From: an uncultured cyanobacterium
Lineage (GTDB): Bacteria; Cyanobacteriota; Cyanobacteriia; Cyanobacteriales; Nostocaceae
DNA: 64,000 nt
NCBI GenBank assembly: GCA_963740315.1
Contig: CAVUDP010000002.1
Span: 3,712,001 to 3,776,000 of the forward strand
Direction: 5' to 3'
The notes below the pieces were generated by a model. The model did not search any database, was not told the DNA's origin, and saw only the letters and a list, made by a program, of their open reading frames with translations. Each line of letters starts with the position of its first letter. Within the stretch, counting starts at the first letter, position 1. Below are positions 20,755-30,100 of the stretch, piece by piece. The position numbers and the translations under genes were made by a program.

Positions 20755-22389
20755 ATGCAATCACTCACTGAATCAACTTATCACCAGGTTCACAACGTTG
20801 ATGCGAACCCTGTAAAACACCTAGAAAAAAGTACCGCAGAATACCTTCATACTAGTTTCTTGTTGTGGGAATACAAGAGGGCTTATAGCAAAGGGGAATA
20901 TAGAGAATTACTTCATAAATTTGGTTGGGATAAAGGCAGCACCGAAGAAAAACGAGCGCTCAAGTTAGCAGAAAATTTTCAAGATTTCGCATATCGTCCT
21001 CATGCTCTTTTCCAAATACCTGTTACAAAACTACTAAGATTATGTTCGGAAAAATATCAGCCAATAATTGAGCAGCTATCCGAAGTAGAAGAAGATTTAA
21101 CCTGTGCTTACGTAGATGATTTGATAAAAGAGAGACAGGCGTTACTTAAAAAGGAAAGGGAGTCAGCACTACCAAGTAAGCCTTCTATATGGCGTAGAAA
21201 TTGTAGAGGGGAGCGCTACGCGCAATTTCCCCCTATGTATGAGTTTGACGAACAAACGGGTTTATTAACTCAGAAATTGATGGATAATTTCGGGCTAATC
21301 CCTCAAGACATCCTTAGAAGTGCGATCGCCGACTTATATCAAAAAATTATAGAGGAAGAACAACCATATGAAGCTGGAGATGATGACAGTAATTTAGATG
21401 ATGCGAGCGAAAGTACTACTCAAGAAGTTAACGTTAATGGTAGCCAAGTAACCCCACCAAACGGCACAACTCAAACAGTCGAGCAGAAATGGGAAGAATT
21501 AGCAGAGCAACTAATCACCTCGGTCAATGAAATTGGTAGAATCAGTACCAATTGTGGTCAATTGATAGTAGAGAATTGCCAACGTTGGGAAGCAACAGTT
21601 CCTCAAGATAAAAGGTGGGATGCGATATCGAATATACTTCGGCACGATACGATATCGCTCAAGCATCTTTCTAATTACGCTTATAACCATAATCCACAGT
21701 GGAGAGAAACTTGGGGGGCTAATCTTGCTTCTTATCATAGCTTCGAGCAAGAGTTGGCATGGGTAGACACCGATGTTCGTAACGATGCTCTGGTATCTAT
21801 AGGCTTTGATATACCCGCCACTGTAGAAATCAAAACAGGGAATCAATCATATAAACAAGGTAAGGTAATCGGATTAAATGGGGAGAATATCACTCCCATT
21901 TTGGTCAAGGTTGATGGCTTCAATCATTATTTTCATTGGACTGAGTTGGAAGTAATTAAAGAAACAGTTAGGTCTAAGTTTTATACAAGTGTCGAAGAAC
22001 TACAAGAAGAATATTTAGAGGAACCACAAGAGTCAGATTTAGAGTTGGAGCCGACACCACTTGATAAAGGAATCGATGCTTTGATACAGGGAGATTGGAA
22101 AGACATAAGAAACATATTTAGCCAATACCCGGAAGTTAAGGAACAGGCTTGGGATGCGATTTCTAAAGAGCAAAAGCGGAGGGTGATTGATATTACCCCG
22201 GATAGTATTAGGGTATTAAATAAGGCTAAGAAAGAGGGTGTAATAGAGGAGTATAAGGAGATAGCTTCGGGGGTATATAAGATAAAGCTTCCAGGTACGT
22301 TAATATGGGAAAACCGAGCCTTCCACGAGATTGAAATATATCACCAGTTACGTCGATGGCGAGAAAATATATCTTGCTCGACTAAATAA
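20755..22389 (+). CDS. Large acidic hypothetical protein
   Basis: Long ORF; a KOW/SH3-like beta segment (TVEIKTG..GKVIG) is tentative. Confidence 0.7.
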   Translation: MQSLTESTYHQVHNVDANPVKHLEKSTAEYLHTSFLLWEYKRAYSKGEYRELLHKFGWDKGSTEEKRALKLAENFQDFAYRPHALFQIPVTKLLRLCSEKYQPIIEQLSEVEEDLTCAYVDDLIKERQALLKKERESALPSKPSIWRRNCRGERYAQFPPMYEFDEQTGLLTQKLMDNFGLIPQDILRSAIADLYQKIIEEEQPYEAGDDDSNLDDASESTTQEVNVNGSQVTPPNGTTQTVEQKWEELAEQLITSVNEIGRISTNCGQLIVENCQRWEATVPQDKRWDAISNILRHDTISLKHLSNYAYNHNPQWRETWGANLASYHSFEQELAWVDTDVRNDALVSIGFDIPATVEIKTGNQSYKQGKVIGLNGENITPILVKVDGFNHYFHWTELEVIKETVRSKFYTSVEELQEEYLEEPQESDLELEPTPLDKGIDALIQGDWKDIRNIFSQYPEVKEQAWDAISKEQKRRVIDITPDSIRVLNKAKKEGVIEEYKEIASGVYKIKLPGTLIWENRAFHEIEIYHQLRRWRENISCSTK

Positions 22390-22442
22390 AAAGCTTCAAT
22401 GGGTGCAAAAGTTTCATAACAAATACAGATAGGAGAACGGCA

Positions 22443-23048
22443 ATGAAAGAAATTTCTGATTCTGACCGTTGGAATCCGGCGCATTTTGGGGAAATGCCGC
22501 GTCAACTTGACTCAGATGGAAATCCTTTGATTTTTTGGGATGACAGTATTGAACCGCCAGAACCGGATGATTATGACACATTAATCGAATACGAGGAGGC
22601 ATGGGAGAAATGGGAAAAGGAAAACTCCGACAGTTGGACTTGTGCAGCGGAGTTGGAGTCGGTTTCCCCCTCTCCGGAATTATCACAGGAAAAGTCCAAC
22701 TATGCGGACTCTGTGAAATCGACTCGTTTTGTAAAGAAATCTTGCAAAAACGGTTCCCCGGTGTGCCAATCTACAACTCGGTGCGCGACCTCGGAATTCA
22801 AAAGGGAGAAATCGACACAATTACCGCATCACCACCGTGTCAGCCTTTCAGCCTTGAAGGAAAACGCTTGGGAAAAGCCGACGAACGAGACTGTATCCCG
22901 GCAGTTTTGCGACTTGTTGCTAGAATCCAACCCAAATTCTTCTGTCTCGAAAATGTACCCGGATTATTGTCGGCTCCCCAATATCCAGGAGAAAAGCCCG
23001 GAACATATTTTCAACAGATGCTCCAGCAGCTTTATGAATGCGGGTTAA
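22443..23048 (+). CDS. Alternate-frame ORF overlapping the C5 methyltransferase (putative second subunit, truncated)
   Basis: GGAG SD; WNPAHFGE..EPPEPDDY N-terminus; open across the whole MTase remnant and stops at the breakpoint. Confidence 0.6.
   Translation: MKEISDSDRWNPAHFGEMPRQLDSDGNPLIFWDDSIEPPEPDDYDTLIEYEEAWEKWEKENSDSWTCAAELESVSPSPELSQEKSNYADSVKSTRFVKKSCKNGSPVCQSTTRCATSEFKREKSTQLPHHHRVSLSALKENAWEKPTNETVSRQFCDLLLESNPNSSVSKMYPDYCRLPNIQEKSPEHIFNRCSSSFMNAG
22601..23045 (+). pseudogene. Truncated DNA (cytosine-5) methyltransferase
   Basis: Motifs I (DLCSGVG), IV (SPPCQPFS) and VI (LENVPG) present; MTase-like sequence ends at YECG and motifs VIII-X are absent. Confidence 0.85.
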
Positions 23049-23099
23049 TAGTCCCTATTGTCAGCGGAATCACCGATTCTTTGACTCGGCTTTTAGCTA

Positions 23100-24641
23100 T
23101 TAACGAATCACTTCTTCTAATTGTGTCTCTCGTGGCTGGGTTGTGTCTAAAATTTTCAAATAACTTTTTTCTTCATCTGAAAATGGTTCTGCATTCTGTA
23201 ACTGTGATGACAATAGATCAGCGGTAGCATCAGTAATATCACCACTCCGCCGATTTAGGCGATCGCGCAAAATTTCTTCAGGTGCAGTACAGTAAATAAT
23301 CTTCAGAGGAATTTGATGTTTCTTGGCTGCGGCGATCGCATCAGCGCGGATATTTTGTTTGTCGTATTTAGCATCTAAAATTACCGTAAATCCTTGAGTT
23401 GTCAGCATTATTCCTAACTCTAGGAGTTTGCTGTAAGTTTTTGACGACATTGCTTCCGTATATAATTTATCGCTGCCTCTTTCTAATAAAGGTATTCCTG
23501 CTAAATGTTTGCGAACAGCATCAGAACGGATTCGTATTGCTCCTAACTTCGGAGATAAATAGCGGGCAACTGTACTTTTACCGGAACCGGAAACTCCCGA
23601 CATTAAAAATAGCTTACCTTGTTGGGGCTTAGTATAATTCCAAGCTTGTTTATAATAATCAGCAGCAATTTTTCTCGACTCTTCTTTTACATCCACAGAA
23701 ACTTCTGACTCGTCAAGCAAAAATGAATTTACCTTGGCTCTGACATAAGCTTGTCTGCTTAAATACAGGGGTAGTAACTGTAAGCCTTCCCAGTCTCCTG
23801 TCTGTTCTAAGTATGTGTTTAAGAAAATATTAGCTAAATCTTTTCTTTTACGAGCTTCCAAATCCATGACTGTAAAAGCGATGTCGTACATAACATCAAC
23901 AAATCTGAATGATTCGTTAAATTCAATACAGTCAAACAGTAAGATTTGCGAATGCCACATACAGATATTGTGTAAGTGTAAATCTCCATGACACTCACGA
24001 ATACAATCATTTTTGAAGCGATTGATAAACAATTCTGGATGTTGAGTAAAAAAGTTATCGGTATAAGCTTTGGTTTCTTTATACTGAGTTTCTGTTTGCG
24101 CTTTTGGGATATATTTACTAGTTACTTCATAGTTCTCGTCAATTGAGCGTCTAACTTTATCAACTTCACCAAAACTACGGATGTAATCCGACGTTTCAGT
24201 TTGAGAATGATAGCGAGCTACAACTTTACCTAACTCTTCTATATGGGACTCACTTAATTTACCTTGTTCGAGCATAGTACTCAGCAACCCCTCTTGTGGG
24301 AACTGATGCATCTTTAGCGCGTATTCTACAGCCTTTGTTGTACCTCCTAGATGATATTGTTCGCCATCTTGAGTAATAGGCAAAACTTCCAAATATAGTG
24401 GTGCTGCTCCCCTTTTATTCAACCGCAATTCTTCTTGACAAAAATGTGAGCGCTTCTTGAGAGTAGAAAAATCTAAAAAGCCAAAATTCACAGGTTTTTT
24501 GACTTTGTAGGCATAATCACCAGTTAATAAAATATAAGAAATATGAGTTTGAACTAACTGTATTTTTTTGCTAATCGGATGCGGATAAAAATCCGGTTTT
24601 AGCATTTGTTTAATTAAAGTTGGGATAGATTCACTTACCAT
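23100..24641 (-). CDS. Bifunctional APH-like kinase plus P-loop (AAA_33) protein, Rv2004c-like
   Basis: QTHIS, YKVKKPV, ECHGDLH and FDCIEFN, then GVSGSGKST and RSDAVRK. Confidence 0.9.
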   Translation of the reverse strand: MVSESIPTLIKQMLKPDFYPHPISKKIQLVQTHISYILLTGDYAYKVKKPVNFGFLDFSTLKKRSHFCQEELRLNKRGAAPLYLEVLPITQDGEQYHLGGTTKAVEYALKMHQFPQEGLLSTMLEQGKLSESHIEELGKVVARYHSQTETSDYIRSFGEVDKVRRSIDENYEVTSKYIPKAQTETQYKETKAYTDNFFTQHPELFINRFKNDCIRECHGDLHLHNICMWHSQILLFDCIEFNESFRFVDVMYDIAFTVMDLEARKRKDLANIFLNTYLEQTGDWEGLQLLPLYLSRQAYVRAKVNSFLLDESEVSVDVKEESRKIAADYYKQAWNYTKPQQGKLFLMSGVSGSGKSTVARYLSPKLGAIRIRSDAVRKHLAGIPLLERGSDKLYTEAMSSKTYSKLLELGIMLTTQGFTVILDAKYDKQNIRADAIAAAKKHQIPLKIIYCTAPEEILRDRLNRRSGDITDATADLLSSQLQNAEPFSDEEKSYLKILDTTQPRETQLEEVIR

Positions 24642-24743
24642 TATTTATAATTTTCTAAAAAAACGGACAACTGTTTGCATAAAGCGGGCTAAAAATAATC
24701 TTAACCCGCTCATTGCTTCTTTCAAGTAAACTTTTTTCAGTGT

Positions 24744-24920
24744 TTAATAGTGTCTGTTTTCGGCTGAATCGCCTTCGTAAGGCTGTACTCCTGATTTGGG
24801 GTAATCGTCATCGCTAGGACTAAAAATTCTGGTTACTCCATTAGTTGTAAATTTAATCAACTTTTGGGGAATTTCTACAACTGATTTAATCATTCTTTTA
24901 GCTAAGGATGCAGTAGACAT
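24744..24920 (-). CDS. Small conserved-type cyanobacterial protein
   Basis: RIFSPSDDDYPKSGVQPYEGD motif; AGGAG SD. Confidence 0.7.
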   Translation of the reverse strand: MSTASLAKRMIKSVVEIPQKLIKFTTNGVTRIFSPSDDDYPKSGVQPYEGDSAENRHY

Positions 24921-24945
24921 ACGGGAATTCTCCTTTTTTATTGAT

Positions 24946-25659
24946 TTAGTTAATAGAAAAATCTTCAACAAACTTTTGTCTTGTTAGCGGTTCTGCTAAT
25001 ATTAATCCTTCACCACCAAGAGGGTTTTCTTCATCTAATAATTTACCCTCAACATAAAGATAAATATTAGCTGACTCGTCAATACTTGAAGCAGTGTAAA
25101 GTACTTGAGCTACACGATAAATCATCGAAGTGGAGCCACCACCATAGCGAAATTCATCGGACAGATTTACATGAATTCCTGTTTCGTCAATTCGTAAACC
25201 CAATAATTTAGTTCCTGCTGGAATTGTCGAAGTAAATTGATTATTTTGAGTTGTATCAAAAAGTTGGTTCAAAGCTTGTTTTAATGCAGCTTCTTTCGAT
25301 GCTCCCTTTTCAATTGCAACTGATTGGGGAATCAAACTAATTTTTTCAGCTTCAACTTGCAATAAGTAAGCTTTCGGCTGTAACTCTATTGCGACTGTAA
25401 TGTCTTTGGGAGTAAATTTTTCAGTTCTTTTAGGAATTGTAAATGGAACAGTTGGTTTTGGAACTGTATTGTTTTCTTTGGTGATGGGCGATTTTTTGAC
25501 TTGTTCGGGTGTGGGAGTTGTAATTGTTTCTGTAGAAGTAGAATTTTGATTAACATTTATACTATTCAACCAAACTACAGTTACAAATAAACTTAGTAAT
25601 GACAGTATGTAAATGATGAAAAAGTTTGGATAAACCGGACGGGTATTTTGGGTTTTCAT
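24946..25659 (-). CDS. GerMN-domain membrane-anchored protein
   Basis: TM helix, Thr/Pro linker, STIPAGTKLL..VNLSDEF..GGGS..RVAQVLYT. Confidence 0.85.
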   Translation of the reverse strand: MKTQNTRPVYPNFFIIYILSLLSLFVTVVWLNSINVNQNSTSTETITTPTPEQVKKSPITKENNTVPKPTVPFTIPKRTEKFTPKDITVAIELQPKAYLLQVEAEKISLIPQSVAIEKGASKEAALKQALNQLFDTTQNNQFTSTIPAGTKLLGLRIDETGIHVNLSDEFRYGGGSTSMIYRVAQVLYTASSIDESANIYLYVEGKLLDEENPLGGEGLILAEPLTRQKFVEDFSIN

Positions 25660-25770
25660 AATTTTTCTCCTACATTATTAATGAGTAAATTATTAAATTT
25701 CAGATTTACCCTGATACCTCATCCCCGAAATTCACCCTGTATATTCTTTTAAAGTTATTTAGCTAGTAGA

Positions 25771-26459
25771 TTACGAAGGTGCGTTCATTTGGGCTTTGGT
25801 TCGAGCATTCATTGTTTCTTCTAAATGTTCTGGGTGCTGAAGTTGCTTATTCATACTTAATCTTGCTGATTCTGAAATCGCAGCATCATGGGAATTTTCT
25901 AATTCTTTTTCAATCCGAGAATGCATAGTTTCTTCAATGTGTTCTTCTTGTTGACGCTGTTTAGCCATTGCGGAGCGCGCTCTTTCTTGCATAGTCAAAT
26001 CAAGTTTGACCACATCGTGTTTTTCAGTATGAGATTTGGGTAAGCTCAAAGTTAAAAGACCGTTATGAATTTCGGCTTTCACATTGTTGTATTCAACACA
26101 CATCGGTAAAGGTATTATGCGTTGAAAGTGTCCGTATTCAAACTCAGTGCGGTAAATACCTTTTTCGTTATGAACTTTGTGTTCTTCATGTTCCCCGGAA
26201 ATAGAAACAGCATCTTTAGTTACATGAATATCCAAGTCTAATGGTTCTATTCCAGGTACTTGAGCTTGAAGAATAAGATTGGAATCCGTTTCTTTGATTT
26301 CAAATGCTTCCAAGTTGCATTTTCTATTTTGGGAATAGCACTCAGAGTATTATTAGCAGTTTTTTTAGTACTTCCATGCATAACCTCATCAAACAAATTA
26401 TTCATTTGATGACGTAGAGTATCTATCTCTTTAAGCGGATGCCAATTTCTCTGTGACAT
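25771..26459 (-). pseudogene. Hsp20/alpha-crystallin, frameshifted near 26310, with a duplicated C-terminal motif
   Basis: N-terminal part (WHPLKEIDTLRHQMNNLFD) and crystallin part (EIKETD..VPG..GHFQRIIPLP..NGLLTL) lie in different frames. Confidence 0.85.
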
Positions 26460-26540
26460 ATATATCTCCCTGCAATCCTGATGAAAACTTTAGTCGGCGA
26501 GCCTTTTTTATTGGCTCTACTTTCAAGTTAGGAAAATAAT

Positions 26541-26558
26541 TTGAGGAACTTGTGAGGA
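26541..26558 (-). promoter_or_regulatory. Direct-repeat regulator box upstream of hsp20
   Basis: TCCTCACAAGTTCCTCAA on the coding strand, 10 nt, then TAACTT. Confidence 0.8.
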
Positions 26559-26565
26559 AAAGGAA

Positions 26566-26669
26566 GGAGTTAGGAGTTAGGCGTTATGAGTGATGAATTA
26601 GGAGTTATGAGTTAGGAGTTATGAGTATAAATAAAAAACTGTTCACTGGTTACTGGTTACTGTTCACTG
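26566..26669. repeat. STRR heptamer tracts
   Basis: Units of (G/T)GAGTTA followed by CTGTTCA/CTGGTTA units. Confidence 0.85.
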
Positions 26670-27043
26670 CTCCAGCCGAGAACTTGGGAAATTTCTTGCG
26701 CTAATGTTAAGGGGCTGAAAGGTTTGGCGATCGCCGCTTTAATTCCTAAATCATCATAGCGATTACGGTCAGCATTTTGTACTTTAGCTGTAAGTAAAAT
26801 TACTGGAATTTGTTTTGTGCTTGAATTTTCTTGTAAATATTTAAAAGTGGTAATGCCGTCCATATCTGGCATCATTACATCCAAAAGAATTGCATCAGGT
26901 TTTTCTGTTTGGGCTTTTTTAATTCCTTCTGTTCCAGAACTTGCTGTCACAACTTGCCATTTAGCAGTAGTTTGCAAACAAATTTTGGTAACTTCTTGAA
27001 TATATTCTTCGTTATCAACTACTAATATCTTTTTTACTGTCAT
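26657..27043 (-). CDS. Single-domain response regulator (CheY/RcaF-like)
   Basis: ILVVDNE, LLDVMMPDMDG, LLTAK and KPF motifs. Confidence 0.93.
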   Translation of the reverse strand: MTVKKILVVDNEEYIQEVTKICLQTTAKWQVVTASSGTEGIKKAQTEKPDAILLDVMMPDMDGITTFKYLQENSSTKQIPVILLTAKVQNADRNRYDDLGIKAAIAKPFSPLTLAQEISQVLGWSSEQ

Positions 27044-27104
27044 TATTAATATAGATATTTATTTTTTAATCGTTTTTCTTATACTCAATGATAACTGTTA
27101 ACTG

Positions 27105-30100
27105 CTAACTGTTATTTGGTAGAGTAAAATAAAATGTACTACCAACTCCTACGGTACTTTCAGTCCAAATTTTACCTCCATGCATTTCTACTATACTGCG
27201 AGAAATAGCTAAACCTAAACCAGTACCTTCATGATTTCGCGAATCTGAAGAATCTACTTGTTGAAAACGCTCGAAAATAATTTCTAATTTGTCTTCGGGG
27301 ATACCACTTCCGCTATCTTGAACTGTAATTAATATTTCTGAATTTTGCTCGGTTGCTGTTAAACGAACTGTACCACCAGGCTCAGAAAATCGAATTGCAT
27401 TACTAAGCAAGTTTGTTAATATTTGAATAAATCTATCAGCATCTACCAGCACTTGTAAAGAAGAATTTTCTATTAATAATTTGACTTGCGCTTTATCGGC
27501 TAAAGGTTGAGCTAAATTAATTGCTTGTGTTATTAATTCAGTTAAATCGCAGCTTTGCTTGGACATTATGATTTTTCCCGATTCAATGCGTTCGATATCG
27601 AGAATATCGTTGATTAGTCTTACCAAGCGTTCTGTACTATCAGTAGCAATTTGTACTAAGCGTTTGCCATCTTTGGAACACATAGGTATTAAATCGGTAC
27701 TTAGCATTCCTAAAGAACCATGAATCGAAGTTAAAGGGGTGCGAAGTTCGTGAGAAACTACTGAAACAAACTCATTTTTCATCCGCTCTATTTGTTTGCG
27801 ATGGCTTATATCTTGTAAATAAACTGTATAAACCGTTTTATTGCCTAAATTTAACTTTGAAATCGAAGCTTCAGCAGAAAATTCGCTACCATCTTTACGC
27901 TTACCTAAAATTTCGCGACGTTCGCCCATTTTTCGAGATTTGGCTGATGAATTACCAAAATTTTCTACATGATAACGGTTAGTTTCTATCGCAAGTTCTG
28001 GTAAAAGTAAATTTAAAGGTTTTCCGACTGCTTCTGCAACCGAATAACCAAAAATCTTTTCGGCACCTTGATTAAACAAAGTAATGCACTGATTGCTATC
28101 AATACAAATGATTGCATCCCAAGCAATGTCTACAATTCCTTTAAATTGTGCTTGCGCTCGCTGACGCTCTCCTAATTCCAATTGTAAGCATTCGTTCATT
28201 TTGACTAGTTCTGCTGTTCTTTCCGCTACTCTGTTTTCTAATTCTTGCGATTTTTTACGTAAAGAATTTTCTGTATAATGTTTTTCGATAGCGCCAGAAA
28301 TCACGTTAGTTATCGCTTGCAAGAAATAAATGTCGTCTTGATTAAAAGTACGTTTCGCAGAAGTATATACACCCAAAACACCATAACTACAGTCAATTCC
28401 AAAAATTGGCACGGTTGCACCGCTAATAATTCCGTGTTCTTTTAATAAAGTCGGACTATGAAATCGAGTTTCTTGGTTTAAATCTTCAATAATAAAAGGT
28501 TCTTTTGTAACTAAATTTTGATCGAAATTCAGCAAAGCTAATCTTACCAATCCTTGATTCCACCCAACTCCCGCACGTAGCAGCATCGCATTACCAGAAG
28601 GTAAATTTTCCAAAATATGACAAAATTCTACATCTAAACTTTGAGCAACCAGCGCTACAGTTTCATCCATCAAAGCAAATATATCTTTATTTGTTAAAGC
28701 CGACTGTCCTAATTTAGCTATAGCTGCTTGCTGTTCAACTTTGGCTTTGAGTAACTGATTAATTCTTTCTTTTTCTACTTCAGCTTGTTTTTGTTTTGAA
28801 ATATCTCTTGTTATTGCTAATTGAACTAATTCACCGTTTTCCGGATTAAGTAAAGGTACCCCATGAGTTTCTAAAAAACGGTGTTTACCTTGATTACCAG
28901 TTATTTCAAATTCTAAATTTCCTTGATTCCCCTGACAAACGCTTTTATTTAAATCCTCATAAGCTTGACGATATTGCGGTAAAACTACAGAATAAATATT
29001 TTTACCAATTGCAGTTTCATCCGCTTCAATTATCGCTAAACCAGCGGGATTCATTTCTAATAAAGTTCCATCGGCAGATACTAATTTAATGCATTCAGGA
29101 GATGCATTGAAGACTTTTCGCCAGCGTTCCGATTCGCTTTTACTATATTTTTCTCGTTGTTTTATCAACCTTTCTTGAGATTTAATTCTTTCCAAACGGT
29201 TAACAATTCGAGTGACTAATTCCGGTCCTACAATTGGTTTACTGACGAAATCATCCGCACCAACGCTATAAACTTGGTTGACAATTTCAGGTTGATTATG
29301 AACTGTTAGAAATAATATTGGTAGTTCGCTCCAGCGTGAATTATTGCGAACTTCATTACAAAGTTCAATCCCGCTAAATCCAGGCATTTCTACATCTAAA
29401 ATTAACAAATCTGGCTGTATTTCTTCTAAGGTTTCCCAAAATTTTTGTGGTTCTGCTAAAGTTTTAATGGTGATTCCCCAATGTTTGAGTAGTTTTTGCA
29501 GTACTTCTAAAATTTTAGGGTCATCATCTACAGCCAAGACTGTTGTTTGTGCTGTTTCCGACTGTTTTATTAGTTGCTTTGCGGTGTCTAAAATTTCTTC
29601 TGAAGATGCGGCTTTTTGTAATACTACATTTTCACTATCGTTGATAATTTGCTGATGATTTCCTGTTTCTTGACTTAAAATTATTACAGGAATTGCAGGC
29701 TTACGATTTTTAAATTCTGCTAATAAATTTAAACCATCATCTGAATCCAAAATCTCAGCATCAACTACTGCTACGTTTGGATGTTCTTGATAGAGTTTTT
29801 GTCTTGCAGATGAAATGCTATTAACAATCTTAGTTTGCAATCCTAAATCGGCAGCTTTATTAACTAAATCTTCGGTTATCCTTTTAAAAGTATCAACGAT
29901 TAAGAGAACGGGACGCTCATCTAATTCATAAGTATTACTAGGAGTTGCAACTTCAGAAATCGGTACGTTAATTTCTGCAAGTAAAGCTTTAACTTTTGCA
30001 CCAAGTTGGACTATTTCAGTTTTATCTAAAACTTTATCTGATTTGAGTAAATTTTCGATTTGACGTGCTATTTTAGAACCATTTGCAAAGCCAAAAGTAC

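Larger units (their letters stand above)
7373..23045. mobile_element. tRNA-Phe-integrated element with integrase and FtsK module; right part truncated
   Basis: Integrase directly after the tRNA; long run of co-oriented unknown ORFs, FtsK, wall hydrolases and a regulator pair; ends in a broken methyltransferase. No attR copy seen. Confidence 0.75.

Noticed and set aside
9774..22389. Prophage or T4SS-type ICE
   Set aside because: No recognisable terminase, portal, capsid, tail, relaxase or VirB4 motifs; only one P-loop ATPase, of FtsK type. The missing right part limits certainty
23046..23227. C-terminal part of ORF 22601-23227 as real MTase sequence
   Set aside because: It is read-through past the breakpoint, antisense to the kinase gene, with no MTase motifs
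26566..26669. Tandem repeats as a possible CRISPR array (also 32460-32492 and 35148-35200)
   Set aside because: These are contiguous 7-nt units with no unique spacers, i.e. ordinary STRR tracts; no cas genes seen
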